64,000 nt of DNA from Nemertoderma westbladi (lineage: Eukaryota > Animalia > Xenacoelomorpha), in NCBI GenBank assembly GCA_032718475.1, contig JAUCBJ010009060.1, positions 62,001 through 126,000 on the forward strand. The letters run 5' to 3'. The translations under genes and the position numbers were made by a program. Of this stretch, positions 47,142 through 61,173 are shown in pieces. The notes under the pieces were generated by a model. It made no database searches, had not been told where the DNA came from, and saw only the letters and a program-made list of their open reading frames with translations. Position 1 is the first letter of the stretch. Each line of letters starts with the position of its first letter.

Positions 47142-47432
47142 AGTGTGCTACACGAGTGGTATGTTATAAGAACGGACAGTGTGCTGCACGAGTGGTATGT
47201 TACATGAACAAAATATAGCCACGAGGATCAGCGCATGGAAAAGTACATTGACAAAAGTACGTGGTCCCTTAAAACTGCACGCGAACTGCCTGTTCAGTAG
47301 AAATGGGTTAGATGGGAGAGTAAGCATCAGGGGCAAGTGGCTAAACTGGTTAGCGCTACTGATGAGGCCTGATAGGCTGAAACGTACGTATAGCGCTGGT
47401 TCAACCCCCGGTGACGTGCTTCCTCATTTTTT
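47142..47432 (+). mobile_element. Small retrozyme/SINE-like or Penelope-derived element with Pol III boxes and a hammerhead
   Basis: 36-bp duplication at the 5' end; A-box TGGCTAAACTGG (47338), B-box GGTTCAACCCC (47398) and T6 (47427-47432) surround a hammerhead. Confidence 0.55.
47352..47397 (+). ncRNA. Type I minimal hammerhead ribozyme
   Basis: Stem I AGCGCTA/TAGCGCT, core CTGATGA, stem II GGCCT-GAT-AGGCT, GAAA, palindromic minimal stem III ACGTACGT, cleavage triplet GTA ending at 47390. Confidence 0.88.
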
Positions 47433-47710
47433 CCATTTCTGAACGAAACCATAATATTACATCATGCTGATAAAAAACCGTATAGGGTATGTATCTTTTG
47501 CTGCAATAAAATTCCAAAATTTTATAAATATAATAATAATAATAATATAAAAAATAGTATAAAATATAATACCGATTCCGTCTTTGATAAATTGTTGATG
47601 TTAATTGCTTTCAATTATTAAAATGCAATAACAATTATTTTATAATATACTAGGCGAGTAACGAATTACATAATATTATGTATTTTAATTTATTGTCATC
47701 CTACATTATC

Positions 47711-50700
47711 CGGTTGTTATACACAACGACTATGGTCGTTATACACAAGGACTACGGTCGTTATACACAAGGACTACGGTCGTTATACACAAGGACTAAG
47801 GTCGTTATACACAAGGACTACGGTCGTTATACACAAGAACTACGGTCGTTATACACAAGGACATCGGTTGTTATACACAAGGACTACGGTTGTTATACAC
47901 AAGGACTACGGTCGTTATACACAAGGACTAAGGTCGTTATACACAAGGACTACGGTCGTTATACACAAGAACTACGGTCGTTATACACAAGGACATCGGT
48001 TGTTATACACAAGGACTACGGTTGTTATACACAAGGACTACGGTCGTTATACACAAGGACTAAGGTCGTTATACACAAGGACTACGGTCGTTATACACAA
48101 GAACTACGGTCGTTATACACAAGGACATCGGTTGTTATACACAAGGACTAAGGTCGTTATACACAAGGACTACGGTTGTTATACACAAGGACTACGGTCG
48201 TTATACACAAGGACTACGGTCGTTATACACAAGGACTACGGTCGTTATACACAAGGACTACGGTTGTTATACACAAGGACTACGGTCGTTATACACAAGG
48301 ACTACGGTTGTTATACACAAGGACTACGGTCGTTATACACAAGGACTACGGTCGTTATACACAAGGACTACGGTCGTTATACACAAGGACTACGGTTGTT
48401 ATACACAAGGACTACGGTCGTTATACACAAGGACTACGGTTGTTATACACAAGGACTACGGTTGTTATACACAAGGACTACGGTCGTTATACACAAGGAC
48501 TACGGTCGTTATACACAAGGACTACGGTCGTTATACACAAGGACTACGGTTGTTATACACAAGGACTACGGTTGTTATACACAAGGACTACGGTTGTTAT
48601 ACACAAGGACTACGGTCGTTATACACAAGGACTACGGTCGTTATACACAAGGACTACGGTCGTTATACACAAGGACTACGGTCGTTATACACAAGGACTA
48701 CGGTTGTTATACACAAGGACTATGGTTGTTATACACAAGGACTACTGTTGTTATACACAAGGACTACGGTCGTTATAAACAAGGACTACGGTCGTTATAC
48801 ACAAGGACTACGGTCGTTATACACAAGGACTACGGTCGTTATACACAAGGACTACGGTCGTTATACACAAGGACTACGGTCGTTATACACAAGGACTACG
48901 GTTGTTATACACAAGGACTACGGTTGTTATACACAAGGACTACGGTCGTTATACACAAGGACTACGGTTGTTATACACAAGGACTACGGTTGTTATACAC
49001 AAGGACATCGGTTGTTATACACAAGGACTACGGTCGTTATACACAAGGACTACGGTCGTTATACACAAGGACTACGGTTGTTATACACAAGGACTACGGT
49101 TGTTATACACAAGGACTACGGTCGTTATACACAAGGACTACGGTTGTTATACACAAGGACTACGGTTGTTATACACAAGGACTACGGTCGTTATACACAA
49201 GGACTACGGTCGTTATACACAAGGACTACGGTTGTTATACACAAGGACTACGGTCAACCAAGGACTACGGTCGTTATACACAAGGACTACGGTCGTTATA
49301 CACAAGGACTACGGTTGTTATACACAAGGACTATGGTTGTTATACACAAGGACTACGGTCGTTATACACAAGGACTACGGTCGTTATACACAAGGACTAC
49401 GGTTGTTATACACAAGGACTACGGTCGTTATACACAAGGACTACGGTCGAACCAAGGACTACGGTCGTTATACACAAGGACTACGGTCGTTATACACAAG
49501 GACTACGGTTGTTATACACAAGGACTATGGTTGTTATACACAAGGACTACGGTTGTTATACACAAGGACTACGGTCGTTATAAACAAGGACTACGGTCGT
49601 TATACACAAGGACTACGGTCGTTATACACAAGGACTACGGTCGTTATACACAAGGACTACGGTTGTTATACACAAGGACTACGGTCGTTATACACAAGGA
49701 CTACGGTTGTTATACACAAGGACTACGGTCGTTATACACAAGGACTACGGTCGTTATACACAAGGACTACGGTTGTTATACACAAGGACTACGGTTGTTA
49801 TACACAAGGACTACGGTCGTTATACACAAGGACTACGGTTGTTATACACAAGAACTACGGTCGTTATACAGTACACAAGGACTACGGTCGTTATACACAA
49901 GGACTACGGTCGTTATACACAAGGACTACGGTCGTTATACACAAGGACTCCGGTCATTATACTCAAGGACTACGGTCGTTATACAGTACACAAGGACTAC
50001 GGTTGTTATACACAAGGACTACGGTTGTTATACACAAGGACTACGGTTGTTATACACAAGGACTACGGTTGTTATACACAAGGACTACGGTTGTTATACA
50101 CAAGGACTACGGTTGTTATACACAAGGACTACGGTTGTTATACACAAGGACTACGGTTGTTATACACAAGGACTACGGTTGTTATACACAAGGACTACGG
50201 TTGTTATACACAAGGACTACGGTTGTTATACACAAGGACTACGGTTGTTATACACAAGGACTACGGTTGTTATACACAAGGACTACGGTTGTTACACAAG
50301 GACTACGGTCGTTATACACAAGGACTACGGTCGTTATACACAAGGACTCCGGTGGTTATACACAAGGACTACGGTTGTTATACACAAGGACTACGGTCGT
50401 TATACACAAGGACTACGGTCGTTATACACAAGGACTACGGTCGTTATACACAAGGACTACGGTCGTTATACACAAGGACTACGGTTGTTATACACAAGGA
50501 CTACGGTTGTTATACACAAGGACTACGGTCGTTATACACAAGGACTACGGTCGTTATACACAAGGACTACGGTGGTTATACACAAGGACTACGGTCGTTA
50601 TACACAAGGACTACGGTCGTTATACACAAGGACTACGGTTGTTATACACAAGGACTACGGTCGTTATACACAAGGACTACGGTCGTTATACACAAGGACT

Positions 50701-53700
50701 ACGGTCGTTATACACAAGGACTACGGTCGTTATACACAAGGACTACGGTTGTTATACACAAGGACTACGGTCGTTATACACAAGGACTACGGTTGTTATA
50801 CACAAGGACTACGGTCGTTATACACAAGGACTACGGTTGTTATACACAAGGACTACGGTTGTTATACACAAGGACTACGGTTGTTATACACAAGGACTAC
50901 GGTTGTTATACACAAGGACTACGGTTGTTATACACAAGGACTACGGTTGTTCACAAGGACTACGGTCGTTATACACAAGGACTACGGTCGTTATACACAA
51001 GGACTACGGTTGTTATACACAAGGACTACGGTTGTTATACACAAGGACTACGGTTGTTATACACAAGGACTACGGTCGTTATACACAAGGACTACGGTCG
51101 TTATACACAAGGACTACGGTTGTTATACACAAGGACTACGGTCGTTATACACAAGGACTACGGTCGTTATACACAAGGACTACGGTCGTTATACACAAGG
51201 ACTACGGTTGTTATACACAAGGACTACGGTTGTTCACAAGGACTACGGTCGTTATACACAAGGACTACGGTCGTTATACACAAGGACTACGGTTGTTATA
51301 CACAAGGACTACGGTCGTTATACACAAGGACTACGGTCGTTATACACAAGGACTACGGTCGTTATACACAAGGACTACGGTTGTTATACACAAGGACTAC
51401 GGTCGTTATACACAAGGACTACGGTCGTTATACACAAGGACTACGGTCGTTATACACAAGGACTACGGTCGTTATACACAAGGACTACGGTTGTTATACA
51501 CAAGGACTACGGTCGTTATACACAAGGACTACGGTCGTTATACACAAGGACTACAGTCGTTATACAGTACACAAGGACTACGGTCGTTATACACAAGGAC
51601 TACGGTTGTTATACACAAGGACTACGGTTGTTATACACAAGGACTACGGTTGTTATACACAAGGACTACGGTCGTTATACACAAGGACTACGGTTGTTAT
51701 ACACAAGGACTACGGTTGTTATACACAAGGACTACGGTCGTTATACACAAGGACTACGGTTGTTATACACAAGGACTACGGTTGTTATACACAAGGACTA
51801 CGGTCGTTATACACAAGGACTACGGTCGTTATACACAAGGACTACGGTTGTTATACACAAGGACTACGGTGTTATACACAAGGACTACGGTCGTTATACA
51901 CAAGGACTACGGTCGTTATACACAAGGACTACGGTCGTTATACACAAGGACTACGGTTGTTATACACAAGGACTACGGTTGTTATACACAAGGACTACGG
52001 TCGTTATACACAAGGACTACGGTCGTTATACACAAGGACTACGGTTGTTATACACAAGGACTACGGTCGTTATACACAAGGACTACGGTCGTTATACACA
52101 AGGACTACGGTCGTTATACACAAGGACTACGGTCGTTATACACAAGGACTACGGTCGTTATACACAAGGACTACGGTTGTTATACACAAGGACTACGGTC
52201 GTTATACACAAGGACTACGGTCGTTATACACAAGGACTACGGTCGTTATACACAAGGACTACGGTCGTTATACACAAGGACTACGGTCGTTATACACAAG
52301 GACTACGGTCGTTATACACAAGGACTACGGTTGTTATACACAAGGACTACGGTCGTTATACACAAGGACTACGGTTGTTACACAAGGACTACGGTCGTTA
52401 TACACAAGGACTACGGTCGTTATACACAAGGACTACGGTTGTTATACACAAGGACTACGGTCGTTATACACAAGGACTACGGTCGTTATACACAAGGACT
52501 ACGGTCGTTATACACAAGGACTACGGTTGTTATACACAAGGACTACGGTCGTTATACACAAGGACTACGGTTGTTATACACAAGGACTACGGTTGTTATA
52601 CACAAGGACTACGGTTGTTATACACAAGGACTACGGTTGTTATACACAAGGACTACGGTTGTTCACAAGGACTACGGTCGTTATACACAAGGACTACGGT
52701 CGTTATACACAAGGACTACGGTTGTTATACACAAGGACTACGGTTGTTATACACAAGGACTACGGTTGTTCACAAGGACTACGGTCGTTATACACAAGGA
52801 CTACGGTCGTTATACACAAGGACTACGGTGGTTATACACAAGGACTACGGTTGTTATACACAAGGACTACGGTTGTTCACAAGGACTACGGTCGTTATAC
52901 ACAAGGACTACGGTCGTTATACACAAGGACTCCGGTGGTTATACACAAGGACTACGGTCGTTATACACAAGGACTACGGTCGTTATACACAAGGACTACG
53001 GTTGTTATACACAAGGACTACGGTCGTTATACACAAGGACTACGGTCGTTATACACAAGGACTACGGTCGTTATACACAAGGACTACGGTCGTTATACAC
53101 AAGGACTACGGTTGTTACACAAGGACTACGGTCGTTATACACAAGGACTACGGTCGTTATACACAAGGACTACGGTTGTTATACACAAGGACTACGGTTG
53201 TTATACACAAGGACTACGGTTGTTATACACAAGGACTACGGTTGTTATACACAAGGACTACGGTTGTTATACACAAGGACTACGGTTGTTCACAAGGACT
53301 ACGGTCGTTATACACAAGGACTACGGTCGTTATACACAAGGACTACGGTTGTTATACACAAGGACTACGGTTGTTATACACAAGGACTACGGTTGTTCAC
53401 AAGGACTACGGTCGTTATACACAAGGACTACGGTCGTTATACACAAGGACTACGGTTGTTATACACAAGGACTACGGTCGTTATACACAAGGACTACGGT
53501 CGTTATACACAAGGACTACGGTCGTTATACACAAGGACTACGGTTGTTATACACAAGGACTACGGTTGTTCACAAGGACTACGGTCGTTATACACAAGGA
53601 CTACGGTCGTTATACACAAGGACTACGGTTGTTATACACAAGGACTACGGTCGTTATACACAAGGACTACGGTCGTTATACACAAGGACTACGGTCGTTA

Positions 53701-56700
53701 TACACAAGGACTACGGTTGTTATACACAAGGACTACGGTCGTTATACACAAGGACTACGGTCGTTATACACAAGGACTACGGTCGTTATACACAAGGACT
53801 ACGGTCGTTATACACAAGGACTACGGTTGTTATACACAAGGACTACGGTCGTTATACACAAGGACTACGGTCGTTATACACAAGGACTACAGTCGTTATA
53901 CAGTACACAAGGACTACGGTCGTTATACACAAGGACTACGGTTGTTATACACAAGGACTACGGTTGTTATACACAAGGACTACGGTTGTTATACACAAGG
54001 ACTACGGTCGTTATACACAAGGACTACGGTTGTTATACACAAGGACTACGGTTGTTATACACAAGGACTACGGTCGTTATACACAAGGACTACGGTTGTT
54101 ATACACAAGGACTACGGTTGTTATACACAAGGACTACGGTCGTTATACACAAGGACTACGGTCGTTATACACAAGGACTACGGTTGTTATACACAAGGAC
54201 ATACGGTGTTATACACAAGGACTACGGTCGTTATACACAAGGACTACGGTCGTTATACACAAGGACTACGGTCGTTATACACAAGGACTACGGTTGTTAT
54301 ACACAAGGACTACGGTTGTTATACACAAGGACTACGGTCGTTATACACAAGGACTACGGTCGTTATACACAAGGACTACGGTTGTTATACACAAGGACTA
54401 CGGTCGTTATACACAAGGACTACGGTCGTTATACACAAGGACTACGGTCGTTATACACAAGGACTACGGTCGTTATACACAAGGACTACGGTCGTTATAC
54501 ACAAGGACTACGGTTGTTATACACAAGGACTACGGTCGTTATACACAAGGACTACGGTCGTTATACACAAGGACTACGGTCGTTATACACAAGGACTACG
54601 GTCGTTATACACAAGGACTACGGTCGTTATACACAAGGACTACGGTCGTTATACACAAGGACTACGGTTGTTATACACAAGGACTACGGTCGTTATACAC
54701 AAGGACTACGGTTGTTACACAAGGACTACGGTCGTTATACACAAGGACTACGGTCGTTATACACAAGGACTACGGTTGTTATACACAAGGACTACGGTCG
54801 TTATACACAAGGACTACGGTCGTTATACACAAGGACTACGGTCGTTATACACAAGGACTACGGTTGTTATACACAAGGACTACGGTCGTTATACACAAGG
54901 ACTACGGTTGTTATACACAAGGACTACGGTTGTTATACACAAGGACTACGGTTGTTATACACAAGGACTACGGTTGTTATACACAAGGACTACGGTTGTT
55001 CACAAGGACTACGGTCGTTATACACAAGGACTACGGTTGTTATACACAAGGACTACGGTTGTTATACACAAGGACTACGGTTGTTATACACAAGGACTAC
55101 GGTTGTTCACAAGGACTACGGTCGTTATACACAAGGACTACGGTCGTTATACACAAGGACTACGGTCGTTATACACAAGGACTACGGTCGTTATACACAA
55201 GGACTACGGTTGTTATACACAAGGACTACGGTTGTTATACACAAGGACTACGGTTGTTCACAAGGACTACGGTTGTTATACACAAGGACTACGGTTGTTA
55301 TACACAAGGACTACGGTTGTTCACAAGGACTACGGTCGTTATACACAAGGACTACGGTCGTTATACACAAGGACTACGGTCGTTATACACAAGGACTACG
55401 GTCGTTATACACAAGGACTACGGTTGTTATACACAAGGACTACGGTTGTTATACACAAGGACTACGGTTGTTCACAAGGACTACGGTTGTTATACACAAG
55501 GACTACGGTTGTTATACACAAGGACTACGGTTGTTCACAAGGACTACGGTCGTTATACACAAGGACTACGGTCGTTATACACAAGGACTACGGTCGTTAT
55601 ACACAAGGACTACGGTCGTTATACACAAGGACTACGGTCGTTATACACAAGGACTACGGTCGTTATACACAAGGACTACGGTCGTTATACACAAGGACTA
55701 CGGTTGTTATACACAAGGACTACGGTTGTTATACACAAGGACTACGGTTGTTCACAAGGACTACGGTTGTTATACACAAGGACTACGGTTGTTATACACA
55801 AGGACTACGGTTGTTCACAAGGACTACGGTCGTTATACACAAGGACTACGGTCGTTATACACAAGGACTACGGTTGTTATACACAAGGACTACGGTCGTT
55901 ATACACAAGGACTACGGTCGTTATACACAAGGACTACGGTCGTTATACAGTACACAAGGACTACGGTCGTTATACACAAGGACTACGGTTGTTATACACA
56001 AGGACTACGGTTGTTATACACAAGGACTACGGTTGTTATACACAAGGACTACGGTCGTTATACACAAGGACTACGGTTGTTATACACAAGGACTACGGTT
56101 GTTATACACAAGGACTACGGTCGTTATACACAAGGACTACGGTTGTTATACACAAGGACTACGGTTGTTATACACAAGGACTACGGTCGTTATACACAAG
56201 GACTACGGTCGTTATACACAAGGACTACGGTTGTTATACACAAGGACTACGGTGTTATACACAAGGACTACGGTCGTTATACACAAGGACTACGGTCGTT
56301 ATACACAAGGACTACGGTCGTTATACACAAGGACTACGGTTGTTATACACAAGGACTACGGTTGTTATACACAAGGACTACGGTCGTTATACACAAGGAC
56401 TACGGTCGTTATACACAAGGACTACGGTTGTTATACACAAGGACTACGGTCGTTATACACAAGGACTACGGTCGTTATACACAAGGACTACGGTCGTTAT
56501 ACACAAGGACTACGGTCGTTATACACAAGGACTACGGTCGTTATACACAAGGACTACGGTTGTTATACACAAGGACTACGGTCGTTATACACAAGGACTA
56601 CGGTCGTTATACACAAGGACTACGGTCGTTATACACAAGGACTACGGTCGTTATACACAAGGACTACGGTCGTTATACACAAGGACTACGGTCGTTATAC

Positions 56701-59329
56701 ACAAGGACTACGGTTGTTATACACAAGGACTACGGTCGTTATACACAAGGACTACGGTTGTTCACAAGGACTACGGTCGTTATACACAAGGACTACGGTC
56801 GTTATACACAAGGACTACGGTTGTTATACACAAGGACTACGGTCGTTATACACAAGGACTACGGTCGTTATACACAAGGACTACGGTCGTTATACACAAG
56901 GACTACGGTTGTTATACACAAGGACTACGGTCGTTATACACAATGACTACGGTTGTTATACACAAGGACTACGGTTGTTATACACAAGGACTACGGTTGT
57001 TATACACAAGGACTACGGTTGTTATACACAAGGACTACGGTTGTTCACAAGGACTACGGTCGTTATACACAAGGACTACGGTTGTTATACACAAGGACTA
57101 CGGTTGTTATACACAAGGACTACGGTTGTTATACACAAGGACTACGGTTGTTCACAAGGACTACGGTCGTTATACACAAGGACTACGGTCGTTATACACA
57201 AGGACTACGGTTGTTATACACAAGGACTACGGTTGTTATACACAAGGACTACGGTTGTTCACAAGGACTACGGTCGTTATACACAAGGACTACGGTCGTT
57301 ATACACAAGGACTACGGTTGTTATACACAAGGACTACGGTCGTTATACACAAGGACTACGGTCGTTATACACAAGGACTACGGTCGTTATACACAAGGAC
57401 TACGGTTGTTATACACAAGGACTACGGTTGTTCACAAGGACTACGGTCGTTATACACAAGGACTACGGTCGTTATACACAAGGACTACGGTTGTTATACA
57501 CAAGGACTACGGTCGTTATACACAAGGACTACGGTCGTTATACACAAGGACTACGGTCGTTATACACAAGGACTACGGTTGTTATACACAAGGACTACGG
57601 TCGTTATACACAAGGACTACGGTCGTTATACACAAGGACTACGGTCGTTATACACAAGGACTACGGTCGTTATACACAAGGACTACGGTTGTTATACACA
57701 AGGACTACGGTCGTTATACACAAGGACTACGGTCGTTATACACAAGGACTACAGTCGTTATACAGTACACAAGGACTACGGTCGTTATACACAAGGACTA
57801 CGGTTGTTATACACAAGGACTACGGTTGTTATACACAAGGACTACGGTTGTTATACACAAGGACTACGGTCGTTATACACAAGGACTACGGTTGTTATAC
57901 ACAAGGACTACGGTTGTTATACACAAGGACTACGGTCGTTATACACAAGGACTACGGTTGTTATACACAAGGACTACGGTTGTTATACACAAGGACTACG
58001 GTCGTTATACACAAGGACTACGGTCGTTATACACAAGGACTACGGTTGTTATACACAAGGACATCGGTGTTATACACAAGGACTACGGTCGTTATACACA
58101 AGGACTACGGTCGTTATACACAAGGACTACGGTCGTTATACACAAGGACTACGGTTGTTATACACAAGGACTACGGTTGTTATACACAAGGACTACGGTC
58201 GTTATACACAAGGACTACGGTCGTTATACACAAGGACTACGGTTGTTATACACAAGGACTACGGTCGTTATACACAAGGACTACGGTCGTTATACACAAG
58301 GACTACGGTCGTTATACACAAGGACTACGGTCGTTATACACAAGGACTACGGTCGTTATACACAAGGACTACGGTTGTTATACACAAGGACTACGGTCGT
58401 TATACACAAGGACTACGGTCGTTATACACAAGGACTACGGTCGTTATACACAAGGACTACGGTCGTTATACACAAGGACTACGGTCGTTATACACAAGGA
58501 CTACGGTCGTTATACACAAGGACTACGGTTGTTATACACAAGGACTACGGTCGTTATACACAAGGACTACGGTTGTTCACAAGGACTACGGTCGTTATAC
58601 ACAAGGACTACGGTCGTTATACACAAGGACTACGGTTGTTATACACAAGGACTACGGTCGTTATACACAAGGACTACGGTCGTTATACACAAGGACTACG
58701 GTCGTTATACACAAGGACTACGGTTGTTATACACAAGGACTACGGTCGTTATACACAATGACTACGGTTGTTATACACAAGGACTACGGTTGTTATACAC
58801 AAGGACTACGGTTGTTATACACAAGGACTACGGTTGTTATACACAAGGACTACGGTTGTTCACAAGGACTACGGTCGTTATACACAAGGACTACGGTTGT
58901 TATACACAAGGACTACGGTTGTTATACACAAGGACTACGGTTGTTATACACAAGGACTACGGTTGTTCACAAGGACTACGGTCGTTATACACAAGGACTA
59001 CGGTCGTTATACACAAGGACTACGGTCGTTATACACAAGGACTACGGTCGTTATACACAAGGACTACGGTTGTTATACACAAGGACTACGGTTGTTATAC
59101 ACAAGGACTACGGTTGTTCACAAGGACTACGGTTGTTATACACAAGGACTACGGTTGTTATACACAAGGACTACGGTTGTTCACAAGGACTACGGTCGTT
59201 ATACACAAGGACTACGGTCGTTATACACAAGGACTACGGTCGTTATACACAAGGACTACGGTCGTTATACACAAGGACTACGGTTGTTATACACAAGGAC
59301 TACGGTTGTTATACACAAGGACTACGGTT
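47711..59329. repeat. 22-bp satellite array (GTTATACACAAGGACTACGGTY), roughly 530 units
   Basis: 11.6 kb of near-perfect units with a C/T dimorphism and rare -3, -2, -1 and +5 variants. Confidence 0.99.
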
Positions 59330-60489
59330 CTTTTTATCAGTTACACCGAATATTTGAATGCGGTCCAAACAATCGGAGTAGCTAATTTAATTCTAGAAAC
59401 CTTTCCGGAAATGTTGACAATAATAATGACGTGGCGGCACTCGAGTGCAAACACAACAGAAGTTTCGGAAAATTTCATTTAGTTCAATGGCCTCCTTGGA
59501 TAGCCGAAGAGTCGCTATGGTGATTAGGTATATAGACAGCTTTCCATCCCCTATTACCCATCCGGCACTCTCATTTTTGGCAACGTTATTAAATTACGAT
59601 ACAATGCGTCGGATTGTCGATTTTCTCCAGGACAGCGAATGTACAGTACTGTACCTAAATCTAATCTGAGGATTTAGAATGAATGTGGCTCGGTAGAATT
59701 CATATTGCCGGCTGCCCCAGTGGATGAGTTTACCTTACATGGACATCATTATAGGCGACCTTATGACCGACAGGGTTGCGTCACTCGTGCTCTAGGCAGG
59801 GCGAATCTTTCGGTTAGTCGTAAACGCTACGTACATTTGAAGAAGCCGGGAAAACGAATGGGCATTTTTTGATAATTGAGTTGCTTGAATAGCAGGATAC
59901 CCTGAATATGTTAAGAGTTACCACAATGGCTTCCATGTATCTCAGATTTTCAAGTAAAGTATTATAATGAAATTTTTTTACTATTTAAATTTAAATGTAC
60001 AATACATTTTTACAATACAAATGTAAAAACATTTATTGCAGTAACAACTTTTTATAATATCATAAACGCGTATTGCGTAAAATAGGTACTTGATTTATTA
60101 ATAGTACGTAATTAAGTTATCATATAGTTAATGAATAATTTACTGTGTAGTTGTGGTATTTTATTCAGTAATTGGTTTTATATTTTAGGTTAGCGTAGTG
60201 TTTTATTTGTATAATATTGCATTTGAAACAAAATAACATAAGGATCCCCTTCTCGGAAAGCCGCCGTCTTTTAAAAAAGGAAGTAGGCCATGGGGCTAAC
60301 TTATATTCAATAGTGAATTGTTAATGATTTTTACACACTCTAGGCCTACTGAAATGTTCTAATGTATGAATAAATTCATTTATCTACTTTAGGTCTACAC
60401 AAAATGTAGCGGCTGCATCAATTTACACAGTAATATTATAGTCTGTAACTACATTCACATAAAGTGACTGTAAATAAACATAAACACTC

Positions 60490-60685
60490 TACTACGACTA
60501 CCACTACTAAGTCGAGCGAGCTCTGACAGTGGAAATGAGGTTCTTTCAGGCTCCCCTATTCTCCACAACATTACCACATTTCTTCAGTGTCCAGGTCTCA
60601 CCCCCGTATAAAAGTACACTTTCCACTGTGGCTCTAAAGAACATGGTCTTCCGGTGCGGGATAGGTCTGCGTCTGATTTACAGAT
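60490..60685 (-). pseudogene. RTE-type LINE remnant (post-RT region) with (TAG)n-like tail
   Basis: The minus strand translates to KTMFFRATVESVLLYGGETWTL. Confidence 0.8.
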
Positions 60686-60702
60686 GGTATCCATGTTTTG
60701 AT

Positions 60703-61140
60703 ATACTACTACTACGACTACGCTCGGCATGCTGCATTGCAGCTGCATTATATATATATTACATATATGTTATGAATGTTGTGCCGGCTTGTCAAATTTG
60801 CGCCGCCACAACTCCCTATCCCCATGACATTTGCGAGATCATCCGCATCTTAAAGGCCAGAGTCCTTGGAAGTCGTCAACGTTCTTTAGTTGCCTATATC
60901 GATCGTGGTCAAGATTCTATTATTAACATTAAATGTCATGAATTCGGTCTTGGAACATTTATATGTAATCCAACCTCCTAAGAAGCCCTTTCGACTTTGT
61001 TCAGTAAAATTGTGCATCTGCTAGCGTATTAGAAAGCAGGTCGATGTCATCCGCAAAGTCGGAGTATGTGACTGTAGTTGCCGGATATCCGCTACTTCTA
61101 CATTTTTTGTAGTGTAAACCCAAGACCTTCTCCATGTAAA
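60703..61140 (-). pseudogene. RTE-type LINE remnant: RT catalytic region joined to the 3' end
   Basis: Minus strand gives YPATTVTYSDFADDIDLLSNTL...EVGLHIN..KTEFM, then ...GCAGCTGCAATGCAGCATGCC and a TAG-repeat tail. Confidence 0.8.
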
Positions 61141-61173
61141 TAATCAAACACAAGCTATTTCTAAAGGACAATA

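Noticed and set aside
47711-59329. CRISPR array
   Set aside because: No unique spacers and no cas genes; the context is eukaryotic.
47678-59482. Giant ORFs of 2798-3526 aa
   Set aside because: They arise from a stop-free 22-bp satellite read in all three frames, with frame-shifting indels tolerated; there is no sign of a real gene.
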